A stretch of 32,000 nt of DNA from Erysipelotrichaceae bacterium (GCA_028698185.1 JAQVDW010000006.1:60001-92000); one strand, 5' to 3'; counted from the stretch's first letter, positions 1-9,372 are shown. Translations and numbers: made by a program. Notes: generated by a model not told the origin, from the letters alone.

Positions 1-502
1 TTTCCCCGGAATCAAGCAGCGAAGTCGATCCGAGTTTCATCGCTTTGGGATCAGCGACACCTTTTACCGCCAAAACGGCAATGTCCGAATAAGTGTCCCC
101 GCCAACCAATGTGGCGTCGTAGGTGTTGCCATCGGCAAACACCACCTCGAAGCTGGTACCGTCAGTTATTACATGGTTGTTGGTGATGATGTAGGTCGTG
201 TCACCATCGATCTGGTAGACAACTCCCGAACCGGTTGAATAAAGCTGGTTTCTGACATAGTTGGCAACCCCGACAACGGAATTCTCAACCGAATCCACCA
301 CCTCGGTGGTTGTGGTCGTCACATCGTATTGCACATTGGCTACAGTAGTTGCAGTCGAATCATCCGTTGTCGTCAGCGACTGGTTGAAAGCCTGAAGACT
401 TTGGATCTCCCTATAGAAATAAAGATTGCTGGCAACCAGGCCAACCACAAGTAAAATCAAAACAAAAGTAATGAATTTATTGTATTTAGATTGTTGTTCC
501 AT
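1..502 (-). CDS. htrA: HtrA/DegP-family (S1C) serine protease, N-terminal part; the gene runs off the left edge of the window
   Basis: My translation of the reverse strand from the ATG at 500-502 gives MEQQSKYNKFITFVLILLVVGLVASNLYF (a membrane anchor). It continues ...STGSGVVYQIDGDTTYIITNNHVI...GGDTYSDIAVLAVKG, matching the catalytic His and Asp boxes of trypsin-like HtrA proteases. SD AAGGAG lies 7 nt upstream. It is absent from the ORF track because no stop falls inside the window. Confidence 0.85.
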   Translation of the reverse strand, partial: MEQQSKYNKFITFVLILLVVGLVASNLYFYREIQSLQAFNQSLTTTDDSTATTVANVQYDVTTTTTEVVDSVENSVVGVANYVRNQLYSTGSGVVYQIDGDTTYIITNNHVITDGTSFEVVFADGNTYDATLVGGDTYSDIAVLAVKGVADPKAMKLGSTSLLDSGE

Positions 503-582
503 ATGATCACTCCTTTGATATCTGGCTAAATTATAACGTAACAGTACCGATAAATTCCAATAATTTGATGTGAAAATATGGT

Positions 583-1539
583 TTATTTTTCGGAGCTTTC
601 GTACTTCTCAATAACCCTTTGGACGACAGGGTGGCGCACAACATCCATCGGTGAAAGATACACAAACTGGATTCCCTTGACGTCCTTGAGCAGATTTGCC
701 GCCTCTTTCAAGCCGGAATCGACCTTCCATGGCAAATCAATCTGCGAGATATCGCCGGTGACGATCATCTTCGAATTGAAGCCTAGCCTGGTCAAAAACA
801 TCTTCATCTGGGCCTTGGTTGTGTTCTGGGCCTCGTCAAGAATGACATAGGCGTCCTCGAGCGTCCGGCCCCTCATGTAGGCCAAAGGCGCGATTTCGAT
901 GACCCCTTTTTCGATCAGCTTCTCGGTCTGTTCATAACCTAGCATGTCATAGAGCGCATCATAGAGTGGCCGCAAATACGGATCGACTTTTTCCTTGAGG
1001 TCGCCTGGCAAAAAACCCAATGACTCACCGGCCTCGACTGCAGGACGGGTCAGGATGATTTTTTGAACCTCATTGTTCTTGAGCGCATTCACGGCAAATA
1101 CAACCCCAAGATATGTTTTACCGGTGCCGGCCGGCCCGATCCCAAATACGATATCGTTTTTCTGCAAAGCGTGGTAATAGGCTTTCTGGCCGAAAGTTTT
1201 GGGATAGATAAGCTTTCCCGTCAGGGTCCGGGCGATTTTTATCTTGTACAATTCCTCAATCGATTCCAGATCCTTCTTGTTTTCCAGACGCAAGGCATAG
1301 ATCACATCGCGGCGGTGGATCTGGATTCCTTTTTTGATAAGGTTTATGAGGGCTTCGATGACTTCCTTGGCCTCATTGACATTGTTTGGATTGTCACCCG
1401 TGATTGTGACCATATCGCCCCGCAAGGAAATCTCCACCTCTAGCTGTTCCTCGATGATTTCAAAATGCTTGTCGTTCGAACCGCTCAACATGCTTAACTT
1501 GTCGATACTAAAATCATTTATTTGAATTGTCTCTTTCAT
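583..1539 (-). CDS. phoH: PhoH-family ATPase (PhoH/YbeZ-like)
   Basis: Walker A GPAGTGKTYLGV and the typical PhoH C-terminal half (ILDEAQNTT, IVTGDISQIDLP). The track start at 1548 is a GTG inside the SD AGAGGTGA, so I prefer the ATG at 1537-1539 (MKETIQ...). Confidence 0.9.
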   Translation of the reverse strand: MKETIQINDFSIDKLSMLSGSNDKHFEIIEEQLEVEISLRGDMVTITGDNPNNVNEAKEVIEALINLIKKGIQIHRRDVIYALRLENKKDLESIEELYKIKIARTLTGKLIYPKTFGQKAYYHALQKNDIVFGIGPAGTGKTYLGVVFAVNALKNNEVQKIILTRPAVEAGESLGFLPGDLKEKVDPYLRPLYDALYDMLGYEQTEKLIEKGVIEIAPLAYMRGRTLEDAYVILDEAQNTTKAQMKMFLTRLGFNSKMIVTGDISQIDLPWKVDSGLKEAANLLKDVKGIQFVYLSPMDVVRHPVVQRVIEKYESSEK

Positions 1540-1660
1540 ATAAGTCACCTCTATCTAACTCAATTCTAACAAACGGGGCCCGTTTTGACAACATTCAAGC
1601 ATAATCATGTCGAAAAAAACATCGGATAATCCGGGTCTGACCGGTCGGGAAAATCGGCAT

Positions 1661-1687
1661 AAAAAAAAGACTCAAGGAATGAGTCTA
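1661..1687 (-). terminator. Intrinsic terminator after rpsU
   Basis: The minus strand reads AGACTCA-TTCCT-TGAGTCT followed by eight T. The stem overlaps the rpsU TAG stop. Confidence 0.7.
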
Positions 1688-1867
1688 TCTTTTTTTCTTG
1701 TTGTTTTTACGAGCTGCTTCTGACTTTAATTTTCTTTTTAAACCTGGTTTCACATAAAATTCTCTTTTACGAGCTTCTGCAAGGGTTCCAGTTCTAGAAA
1801 CTTGTCTTTTAAATCTTCTAAGAGCGTCATCTAACGATTCGTTATCTCTTACAACTGTCTTTGCCAT
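1685..1867 (-). CDS. rpsU: 30S ribosomal protein S21
   Basis: A 60-aa basic protein, [42 protein letters not shown]..., which is the canonical bS21 sequence. Confidence 0.95.
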   Translation of the reverse strand: MAKTVVRDNESLDDALRRFKRQVSRTGTLAEARKREFYVKPGLKRKLKSEAARKNNKKKR

Positions 1868-1901
1868 CCTAATTCCCCCCTTCGACTCTAAATTCTATAT
1901 C

Positions 1902-1929
1902 ATTATACACCATTACAAAGTAAATTCAA
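1902..1929 (-). promoter_or_regulatory. Putative sigma-A promoter of rpsU
   Basis: The minus strand has TTGAAT, a 16-nt spacer, then TATAAT, about 35 nt upstream of the rpsU ATG. Confidence 0.5.
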
Positions 1930-2061
1930 GTACATATTCGAAATATTTTAAGTTATTTTTTTATTACAGGGTTTTATTTACCAATATATCCCATATTATT
2001 ACTTACATTTAAGAAATCGGCTCCAGTCATGGTCTTTATTGATGGGAAATCCGCCGATTCG

Positions 2062-2070
2062 TGTTATAAT
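2062..2070 (+). promoter_or_regulatory. Putative extended -10 element (TGtTATAAT) for map
   Basis: TGTTATAAT sits about 48 nt upstream of the map ATG. There is no good -35, which is tolerated with an extended -10. Confidence 0.4.
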
Positions 2071-2117
2071 ACAGGTGCATCAAGTACATCAATTTTAAAA
2101 AAACAAGAGGTGAACAT

Positions 2118-2939
2118 ATGTATCCTGATTTTATCGACCTTAATAGAATTTCGCAGCTTAAAAAAGAGGGGCGTCTTATTCCGCCTCCGGAAATGATCAA
2201 GACCAAAAAGCAGATCGCCGGGATCAAGGAAGCCTGCACGCTAAACACCATGCTTCTAGACTATCTTGAACCCCACGTAAAAGCCGGGGTGTCTACCCTG
2301 GAGATTGACAATTTGACCCTGGAATTCACAAGCAGCCACAATGCCGTTTGCGCAGACTTTGGCTACATGGGCTATCCAAAGCATATATGCACTTCGGTCA
2401 ACGACGTGGTCTGCCATGGCATTCCCAGCGCCGAAGTCGTTTTGCAAGACGGCGACATCATCAATATCGATGCCACCACCATGTACAACGATTATTATGG
2501 TGATGCTTCACGGACCTTCGTAATCGGCAAGGTGCATCCACTCATCGAGAACCTTGTCCACCATACCAAAGAGGCACTAGAAAAGGCGATCGATGCAATT
2601 GTCCCTTATGAGACGACCATCGGCGACATTGGCGAAATTATTGAGAATTACGCCAATGAACATGATTTGAGCGTCGTCAAGAAATTCACCGGCCATGGAG
2701 TCGGGTTGGCTTTGCACGAGGAACCTTACGTCTACCATTTCAAGCCAAATGAAAAGACCTATACCATTATCCCTGGCATGGTCTTTACTATCGAACCGAT
2801 GCTCAATCTTGGCGGCGAGGAAATCTTCATCGATGAAGAGGACCAGTGGACCGTCTATACCGAGGACGGATATCCTTCGTGCCAGTTTGAACATACAATT
2901 CTGATCACTCCAGAAGGAGTGGAAATATTATCGAAATGA
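2118..2939 (+). CDS. map: Type I methionine aminopeptidase
   Basis: M24A metal-ligand context is present (VCHGIP, DGDIINIDAT, GHGVG, FTIEP, QFEHTI). SD AGAGGTGA lies upstream. Confidence 0.95.
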   Translation: MYPDFIDLNRISQLKKEGRLIPPPEMIKTKKQIAGIKEACTLNTMLLDYLEPHVKAGVSTLEIDNLTLEFTSSHNAVCADFGYMGYPKHICTSVNDVVCHGIPSAEVVLQDGDIINIDATTMYNDYYGDASRTFVIGKVHPLIENLVHHTKEALEKAIDAIVPYETTIGDIGEIIENYANEHDLSVVKKFTGHGVGLALHEEPYVYHFKPNEKTYTIIPGMVFTIEPMLNLGGEEIFIDEEDQWTVYTEDGYPSCQFEHTILITPEGVEILSK

Positions 2940-3944
2940 TTACATGATCGTTTCGATTTTTTTGATTTTTGTCATCAATGCTTCGTATTTTTCCGGTTTC
3001 AACGATTGGGCCCCGTCGCACATCGCGCATTCAGGATCGTTGTGGACCTCGATCATCAGACCGTCGGCCCCGGCGATCATCGCCGCTTGAGCCATCGGTT
3101 CAACCAGCCAGTATTTGCCTCCGGCATGGGATGGATCGATCACGATTGGCAAGTGGGTCATTCTTTGCAATACAGGAATCGCCTGCAGGTCAAGGGTGTT
3201 GCGGGTGTACGTTTCGAACGTGCGGATTCCCCGTTCGCATAGGATGACATTAGGGTTTCCGTTGGCCATGATGTATTCGGCCGACATGATCCATTCCTCG
3301 TAAGTCGCACTAAGACCGCGTTTCAACAGGATCGGTTTGGTTGTTCTCTTTCCAAGTTCCTTGAGCAATGAGAAGTTTTGCATGTTGCGGGCCCCGATCT
3401 GGATCAGGTCGACTTTCTCTTCGAATTCCTCGATATGCGATTCATCCATCAGTTCGGTAACGATCGGCAAACCGGTGACTTCCTTGGCCTTGAGCAAAAT
3501 GTCCAAAGCTGTCGACCCCATCCCTTGGAAGGCATATGGACTGGTACGTGGCTTGAACGCTCCACCGCGAAGCATGTTCGCCCCGGCTTTTTTCACTGCC
3601 TTGGCGATTTCGATAACCTGTTCTTCGCTTTCGACCGAACAAGGTCCGGCGATATAGCAGTAATTGCCCCCGCCGACTTTAACTCCGGAAACATCGATCA
3701 CGCTGTCTTCAGGATGGAAATGGCGGCTGGCCAATTTGTATGGCACCGATACATACATCACTTTTTCAACTGCCGAGAAAACTTCGATCGCCGATGGATC
3801 GATTTTAGTAATGTCACCGATCAGACCGATGATTGTCTGTTCGTCACCGGCGGAAATATGCGGTGTAAGTCCTTTTGATTTTACCAGGTTTTCAATTTTG
3901 GCGACATCTTCTTGAGTCGCTTCAGGTTTTAAAACTATAATCAT
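2940..3944 (-). CDS. aroF: 3-deoxy-7-phosphoheptulonate (DAHP) synthase, type I-beta, with an N-terminal ferredoxin-like/ACT-like regulatory domain
   Basis: MIIVLKPEATQEDVAKIENLVKSKGL... forms a small regulatory domain, followed by the KDO8P/DAHP-synthase barrel (GPCSVES, KPRTSPY, IVIDPSH). The real start is the ATG at 3942-3944 with SD AAAGGAGAAA. The longer track ORF to 4031 reads through the T-box terminator. Confidence 0.9.
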   Translation of the reverse strand: MIIVLKPEATQEDVAKIENLVKSKGLTPHISAGDEQTIIGLIGDITKIDPSAIEVFSAVEKVMYVSVPYKLASRHFHPEDSVIDVSGVKVGGGNYCYIAGPCSVESEEQVIEIAKAVKKAGANMLRGGAFKPRTSPYAFQGMGSTALDILLKAKEVTGLPIVTELMDESHIEEFEEKVDLIQIGARNMQNFSLLKELGKRTTKPILLKRGLSATYEEWIMSAEYIMANGNPNVILCERGIRTFETYTRNTLDLQAIPVLQRMTHLPIVIDPSHAGGKYWLVEPMAQAAMIAGADGLMIEVHNDPECAMCDGAQSLKPEKYEALMTKIKKIETIM

Positions 3945-3961
3945 AATTATTTCTCCTTTTC

Positions 3962-4215
3962 TTTTCCAACAAAAAAAGACCCGTCCCTGTAAAGGGCGAG
4001 TCATCGCGTTACCACCTTTGTTTATTGACACATCACTATGCCAACCTCTTCGGGTACTATCATACCCACATAATATAACGGTTATAACCGGAGACGCCTA
4101 CTATATTTCAACGTTCTACTCAAAGATGTATTCATGACAACTTCTGATTCTTTTCCACCAACCAAGAACTCTCTAGCCAAAATGATCGTCACTACTATTT
4201 CTTATCACTGTATTT
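3962..4215 (-). promoter_or_regulatory. T-box leader (tRNA-sensing riboswitch) with a probable Tyr (UAC) specifier, upstream of the DAHP synthase gene
   Basis: The minus strand shows the AG-bulge and distal-loop motifs (GCTAGAGAG...GGTGGAAAA). A specifier-loop context ...GTCAT GAA TAC A TCTT has its codon at 4128-4130. The T-box motif AAAGGTGGTAACGCG lies at 4005-4019 and overlaps the 5' arm of a terminator (GACTCGCCCTTTACAGGGACGGGTC followed by seven T) at 3971-4002. Confidence 0.8.
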
Positions 4216-4221
4216 ATACGT

Positions 4222-4250
4222 ATATTAACCATTCTCCAAAACAATGTCAA
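4222..4250 (-). promoter_or_regulatory. Sigma-A promoter of the T-box/aroF unit
   Basis: TTGACA (4245-4250), a 17-nt spacer, then TAATAT (4222-4227) on the minus strand. Confidence 0.65.
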
Positions 4251-4338
4251 CACAATTTTTAAAATTGTCGGATATTTTGGCTTTTCAAAAAACAGATAGC
4301 TGGAATTTTAGATTTTTCTTATTTATCCTCACATTTCG

Positions 4339-4388
4339 CTTATAAAAAGAAAAGATCCCCTGAAGACAATTGATGTCATTAGAGGATC
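4339..4388 (-). terminator. Putative intrinsic terminator after the TetR gene
   Basis: The minus strand reads GATCCTCT...(inner GACA/TGTC)...AGGGGATC followed by TTTTCTTTTT. The long loop keeps confidence moderate. Confidence 0.45.
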
Positions 4389-4426
4389 ATGGCATATTAG
4401 ATAAATGTTTGGGGATTATTTATTAA

Positions 4427-4996
4427 TTATGCTTGGGAATTAATGTACGCGTAGAAACCGTTTGACATGATTCCCGCGATACAGTCAGTAACTTCTTCTG
4501 CCGTCACTTTAGAGTCAGATCTTAGCCATTCGATAATAAGGCTTGTAGCTCCAGCTGAAATATATTCGATTGACAATGCGAATAATTCTGGCGCCACAGT
4601 GATGTTGTCCTGTAAAGCCGAAGCAATTTCTTCTTCTAATAATTTTTGGATATGAGCACTAAGGGTATTGCAATAACTAGATCCTACCAGCAATTTGAAA
4701 AATTGTTCATCTTCCTGGATGATGTTGTTCAAATGTTTGAACAGCACCGAGAAATCCGGACGTCCTTCATTCCATTTTTCTTCTGCCAATTCCGCATGAA
4801 GACGATTGAAGATATCGTCATCGATTTCGCTTAAAACATCAATAAACTGTCCGTAGTGAACATAGAATGTTTTCCGTGAAATGTCTGCAGTTTCCGCAAG
4901 TTCCTTTACTGTGATTTTTGAAACGTCCTTTTCAGTCATCAACTGAATCAATGCATGTTTAATCGCTTTTTTGGTTTTAACCGTTCTTCTATCCAT
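4427..4996 (-). CDS. TetR/AcrR-family transcriptional regulator
   Basis: The N-terminal HTH is typical of the family (RTVKTKKAIKHALIQLMTEKDVSKITVKELAETADISRKTFYVHY), and the C-terminal ligand domain is helical. Confidence 0.85.
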   Translation of the reverse strand: MDRRTVKTKKAIKHALIQLMTEKDVSKITVKELAETADISRKTFYVHYGQFIDVLSEIDDDIFNRLHAELAEEKWNEGRPDFSVLFKHLNNIIQEDEQFFKLLVGSSYCNTLSAHIQKLLEEEIASALQDNITVAPELFALSIEYISAGATSLIIEWLRSDSKVTAEEVTDCIAGIMSNGFYAYINSQA

Positions 4997-5389
4997 CTTT
5001 TTCCATCCTTAAAAAATTTTGTTGTTAGGCTTTGATACACTCGACATCTTTTTGCTCAAGAAAAATTATAAGTGTATTTATTTACCACATGACAATACTA
5101 CAGGATATCGGCCACAAAATCAAGTTATTTACCGGTTTTTTTAGTCATTTGTTTGATTCTTGAGTTATAGGATACTAGATTAACAAAAATACCGATGAAT
5201 AATCTCAATTAGGCTACATTATCCTCTAAGGCGAATAAATATCCAAATTTGTTCGAAGAATCACCCATTTATCTTGTGATAATTATAACACACACCGTTT
5301 ATTATATCAATCGCGATAATCATTTTTTTATAAATCTGGTAAATATAGCCCAAATAATCGACATAGGTCAGTAAACGCAAAGACCAATC

Positions 5390-5415
5390 AAAAAAGGCTC
5401 AATTTCACTTGAGCC
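5390..5415 (-). terminator. Intrinsic terminator of the GNAT gene
   Basis: The minus strand reads GGCTCAA-GTGAAA-TTGAGCC followed by TTTTTT. The TGA stop (5405-5407) lies in the loop. Confidence 0.7.
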
Positions 5416-6169
5416 GTAACAAACCATAATCACCGTGATCCTTGAAACCCAGTCGATGATAGAGCCTCGCCGCAAAGGGATCGTTGTAGAAAAGGCACAG
5501 TTTCTTGCCTTGTTCTAAAAAATCATGACACAATCTATACACCGTCGCCAGCCCATATCCCTGGTTGCGGTACTGTTCAAGGGCATACACTCCGATGATC
5601 ATAGCCGCCCCGTCACAGTGGGCACTGGTCCTGGCTCCAGAAACCAATCGGCCTCCAACCTTGCATCCATAATACCGGGACGTCCCCTTTTCGAAGTTGT
5701 CTTTCTCCTGTTCAAGATCAATCTTGCGGTTGAAAATTCTTTGGCAATCGGTGACCATCGCTTCAAGATCACCGATTTCCAGTTCCACCGCCGGTGAATC
5801 GATCTTTTTATCGAGACTCTCAAGCATCGCAATCTTGCATTTCTCCAGCTTGAAATCCCCAAGATTTAACTGCTTGATGATCTTGTAATCCCCGTTGATA
5901 TCTATCAGCCCATATTCTTTTACCAACTTTTCGACAAAGCCCTGATCGACAATCCCTTGAGCCGACCCGATGACCAGGTTTCTCCGGTAAACCAGATAAA
6001 CAGTCTTGATATTATCATACTCTCGGTCCATGAAAACAGTCTGGAATTGGCTGTCAAATCCATAAGTCTCGATGTCGCCTATAATGAAAAGGTTCATGAC
6101 AACGTCCTGTTTTACATATGTCAAGACCTCTTCGCGGTTTGATTCTTTACATCTGATAATCATAGTCAT
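5405..6169 (-). CDS. GNAT-family N-acetyltransferase
   Basis: The C-terminal acetyl-CoA motif A region reads ALEQYRNQGYGLATVYRL...LFYNDPFAARLYHRLGF. The ATG at 6163 (M3) has better spacing to GAGG than the first ATG. Confidence 0.75.
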   Translation of the reverse strand: MTMIIRCKESNREEVLTYVKQDVVMNLFIIGDIETYGFDSQFQTVFMDREYDNIKTVYLVYRRNLVIGSAQGIVDQGFVEKLVKEYGLIDINGDYKIIKQLNLGDFKLEKCKIAMLESLDKKIDSPAVELEIGDLEAMVTDCQRIFNRKIDLEQEKDNFEKGTSRYYGCKVGGRLVSGARTSAHCDGAAMIIGVYALEQYRNQGYGLATVYRLCHDFLEQGKKLCLFYNDPFAARLYHRLGFKDHGDYGLLRLK

Positions 6170-6243
6170 ACCTCGCTTTTGTGCATTATATCATAATATG
6201 AAAAAAAAGATACCTCAACGAAGTATCTTTGCCACAACATTGC

Positions 6244-7002
6244 TTATAGGCTGTATTTTTCCAGGATGTTCATCGCGGTCTTCAAATCCTCGAGGTCGAC
6301 CTGACCAGGGGCGGATCCGTCGCCGACTTTGGCAAACGTGATGGCGCTGCCAAAAAGCGAACCGGTCATCCGGGTCAAGACTCCAAGTTTGCCCATTGCG
6401 ATGACGACAACTGGAACGTTGAATATGGTATTGCACTCGTCCGTGAATTCCAAAATCTTCAAGACATCAAGGTAATTGGATGGCGTGACAGCAATCTTGA
6501 GAATATCGCCGTTAAATGAGGCCATCTTCATGAACCGCATGCTCATCGTGTTGATTGATGGCGTCCTATGGAAATCATGGTTCGACATGATGACTTTCTT
6601 GCCACGTTCATGTATCTTCGCGACCAGGTCGATGACAACCGAATCGTTGATAAGCAGCTCGATATCGTAGATCTCATAAGCTCCGGTTTGGATCGCAACT
6701 TCAATTATATGAGCATATTCACGGGGCTCAACGTGAAGGTTGCCCCCCTCATTTCTGGTCCGCAAGGTGAATATAATCGGCAATTGGTTGATCATCTTTA
6801 TATTATTAGACAAGGTAGTCAGCGCCTCATCGTCTTTGACATTTTCGAAACAGTCTATCCTCAATTCAATTAAATCAATCCCCTTTGTTTGTAAAGATTT
6901 GATTTGTTCAATAATGTCGATATCGCTTTTCTGGGTAACCGGGACACAGATTCGTGATTTTTCATTATTCAACACCAAATCATTAACTTTGCACTCTTTC
7001 AT
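6244..7002 (-). CDS. aroD: Type I 3-dehydroquinate dehydratase
   Basis: Type I AroD pattern: ICVPV..., IELRIDCF, and the Schiff-base lysine context VVIAMGKLGVLTR. SD GGAGGG lies upstream. Confidence 0.9.
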   Translation of the reverse strand: MKECKVNDLVLNNEKSRICVPVTQKSDIDIIEQIKSLQTKGIDLIELRIDCFENVKDDEALTTLSNNIKMINQLPIIFTLRTRNEGGNLHVEPREYAHIIEVAIQTGAYEIYDIELLINDSVVIDLVAKIHERGKKVIMSNHDFHRTPSINTMSMRFMKMASFNGDILKIAVTPSNYLDVLKILEFTDECNTIFNVPVVVIAMGKLGVLTRMTGSLFGSAITFAKVGDGSAPGQVDLEDLKTAMNILEKYSL

Positions 7003-7020
7003 AAAATCCCTCCTGAAAAA

Positions 7021-7049
7021 ATTATACCACCATTTAAGAAAAATGACAG
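7021..7049 (-). promoter_or_regulatory. Putative promoter of aroD
   Basis: The minus strand has CTGTCA, a 17-nt spacer, then an extended -10 TGGTATAAT, just upstream of the aroD SD. Confidence 0.5.
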
Positions 7050-7171
7050 GAAAAACGGCCCTTGAAACTCCACTTTGTCACAACAGGAAAAAATCATTCC
7101 ATATCGAACAGAATGCCAAGTCCCTTTATTTGTTACAAAATGTAAATTATAATTAACTTTGCCTTATTATT

Positions 7172-7200
7172 TTTACCAAATCGACAAAATTTGGTATAAT
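7172..7200 (+). promoter_or_regulatory. Putative promoter of ppk
   Basis: TTTACC, a 17-nt spacer, then an extended -10 TGGTATAAT (7192-7200), about 34 nt before the ppk ATG. Confidence 0.55.
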
Positions 7201-7233
7201 GTAATCAACCAATCAATACAAGGAGTCTTTTAT

Positions 7234-9372
7234 ATGGATGAAATAGATTACAGTTACTCCCAAGATCGCGAGAAATCTTGGTTACAATTCAATGAACGCG
7301 TCTTGAAAGAGGCGAATGATTTTGAAGTGCCGTTGATGGAGCGGCTTCGCTTCATGGCAATTTACGAGTCAAACCTGCAGGAATTTTTCCGGGTCCGGGT
7401 CGGTTCCCTGCATGACATGATGGCATCGGATCCCATCCACCATGACTCAAGAAGCGGCCTCACCCCGCAGCAACAGTTAAGCGATGTGCTCAAAAGAGTC
7501 AAGAAACTGACAAGTTCACAGACAAAAATCTACAACGATCTCAATCAGGAACTTATTCTTCGTGACATTCAGATATGCAAAGCGGGTGATCTCAAGCAAA
7601 AGGATCTCAAATTCCTTGAGACCTACTTCACCGACACGGTCGCCCCTTTGCTTACGCCAATCGTTCTTTCTCCGCTACACCCGTTCCCTCATTTGGAAAA
7701 CGGCAACACCTATTTGGCAGTCTTGTTGGATCGAGCCAAGGAATCCAGCTACGGTCTGGTTCCACTCAACCCAAAATTCGCGCCAGTGATTTTCCTGCCT
7801 GGCAATTCCTTGCGCCTGATCCTGGTGGAGGATCTTCTTGAGCTGTTTGCCGGACAGATTTTCAACCACTACCAGGTCAAGTCAACTTCACTGATCCGGG
7901 TCACCCGCTCGGCCGATATCGATCCCGATGAAGCTGATGAGGATTACCGTGAAGCCATGAAAAAGCTGATCAAAAAAAGACGCCGACTTGAGGTTGTCCG
8001 GTTGGAATCGAACAAGCCCATCAATGAAAAAGTATACAATTTCCTGAAGCCCAATTTGAAAATCAATGATGACTCGTTCTTTATCACCAACGTCCCATTC
8101 AATTGGAAATTTATCGGCGAGATCAACGCTAAACTGCAAATCAAGCTCCAGGAAAATTTCAACTACAAGCCATTCAGGCCTTATCAGTCGGCCATGTTTG
8201 ATTTCAATGCGCCCATTACGCCCCAAGTCATGCACTCCGACAAGCTGCTTTCATTCCCTTATGAATCGATGGAACCATATATCAACCTGCTCAAGGAAAG
8301 CGCCCGTGATCCCGAGACAATATCGATCAAGATCACAATCTACCGTCTTGCCAAGGAAGCTAAAATCGTCAAATACCTGGCCGAAGCCGCCGAAAACGGA
8401 GTGGACGTCCTGGTATTGATGGAGTTGCGGGCAAGATTCGATGAGGAAAACAACATCAACTATTCCCAAGTGCTCGAAGACGCGGGATGCAAGATCATCT
8501 ACGGTTTCGAAGGTTACAAGGTCCATTCCAAAATCACCCTGATAACCAAGAAAAAAGGAAACAATGTTTCCTACATCACCCAGATCGGTACCGGGAACTA
8601 CAATGAATCGACCTCGAGAGTGTATACCGATCTTTCACTGATCACAACCGACTCCGACATTTGTCTCGATGCCGTGAATTTCTTCAACAACATGACTTTA
8701 AACGAGCTGTACGGGGAATACGGTTCCCTGCTTGTCGCTCCAAACAATCTGCGTGAAAGTCTTATCGGCGAGATTGAAAGCCAGACGATGATAGCCCAAA
8801 ATGGCGGCACCGGCTACATCTACATGAAAATGAATTCCCTGACCGACCGGACCATCATCGATGCCCTGGCGGTCGCCAGCCAGGCAGGAGTCAAGATCGA
8901 ACTGGTCATCAGAGGCATCTGCTGCATCGTTCCGGGAATCCCAGACAAGACAGACAACATTACAATAAAATCGATCGTCGGCCGATTCCTGGAACACTCA
9001 CGGATATATTCATTCGGCTTGAATGAACAGAACAAGATGTATATCGGTTCGTCGGACATGATGACTAGAAACACAATGCGTCGGGTGGAAATATGCGCAC
9101 CGATCAAGGATGATTCGATCAAGGCGCGAATCCAGGAAATAATCGATCTGACCATGGCGGACAACGTCAAGGGTTCTTACCTGCAGCCTAACGGCAAGTA
9201 TGTCAAAATCGTCAAAGATGGCAAACTGGTGAATTCACAGGAAATCCTGCTGGAAAAAGCCAAGATGAACGCCCAGATTGCCCAAAATCAAATCAACAAC
9301 AACCACAACAGGAAATCGAGTTCCGGCCTTATGGACTTTTTCAAAAATATGTTCAACAAAAAAATCGATTAG
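7234..9372 (+). CDS. ppk: Polyphosphate kinase 1
   Basis: N-terminal SWLQFNERVLKEA, the autophosphorylated-His context GYKVHSKITLI, and PLD-like C domains (GSSDMMTRN). The real start is the ATG at 7234 with SD AGGAG 8 nt upstream. The track start at 7159 is a TTG. Confidence 0.93.
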   Translation: MDEIDYSYSQDREKSWLQFNERVLKEANDFEVPLMERLRFMAIYESNLQEFFRVRVGSLHDMMASDPIHHDSRSGLTPQQQLSDVLKRVKKLTSSQTKIYNDLNQELILRDIQICKAGDLKQKDLKFLETYFTDTVAPLLTPIVLSPLHPFPHLENGNTYLAVLLDRAKESSYGLVPLNPKFAPVIFLPGNSLRLILVEDLLELFAGQIFNHYQVKSTSLIRVTRSADIDPDEADEDYREAMKKLIKKRRRLEVVRLESNKPINEKVYNFLKPNLKINDDSFFITNVPFNWKFIGEINAKLQIKLQENFNYKPFRPYQSAMFDFNAPITPQVMHSDKLLSFPYESMEPYINLLKESARDPETISIKITIYRLAKEAKIVKYLAEAAENGVDVLVLMELRARFDEENNINYSQVLEDAGCKIIYGFEGYKVHSKITLITKKKGNNVSYITQIGTGNYNESTSRVYTDLSLITTDSDICLDAVNFFNNMTLNELYGEYGSLLVAPNNLRESLIGEIESQTMIAQNGGTGYIYMKMNSLTDRTIIDALAVASQAGVKIELVIRGICCIVPGIPDKTDNITIKSIVGRFLEHSRIYSFGLNEQNKMYIGSSDMMTRNTMRRVEICAPIKDDSIKARIQEIIDLTMADNVKGSYLQPNGKYVKIVKDGKLVNSQEILLEKAKMNAQIAQNQINNNHNRKSSSGLMDFFKNMFNKKID

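Noticed and set aside
3945-4031. N-terminal extension of the DAHP synthase ORF (MSINKGGNAMTRPLQGRVFFCWKRKGEII...)
   Set aside because: The extension is a translation of the T-box motif and its terminator hairpin. A good SD precedes the internal ATG at 3944, where the conserved protein begins.
4997-5404. A 408-bp AT-rich gap between the GNAT and TetR genes. It contains two extended -10-like motifs on the minus strand (TGATATAAT near 5301-5309 and TGTTATAAT near 5281-5290) and a TATAAT near 5065.
   Set aside because: TATAAT-like strings are expected by chance in such AT-rich DNA. I found no matching -35, terminator, conserved RNA motif or credible small ORF, so no feature is claimed beyond noting that the tetR promoter must lie here.
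4427-6169. The TetR and GNAT genes as a toxin-antitoxin or inserted accessory island between aroF and aroD
   Set aside because: GNAT toxins pair with small RHH/DUF1778 antitoxins, not with TetR regulators. These two genes are separated by 408 bp and a terminator. There are no flanking repeats, integrase genes or tRNA genes.
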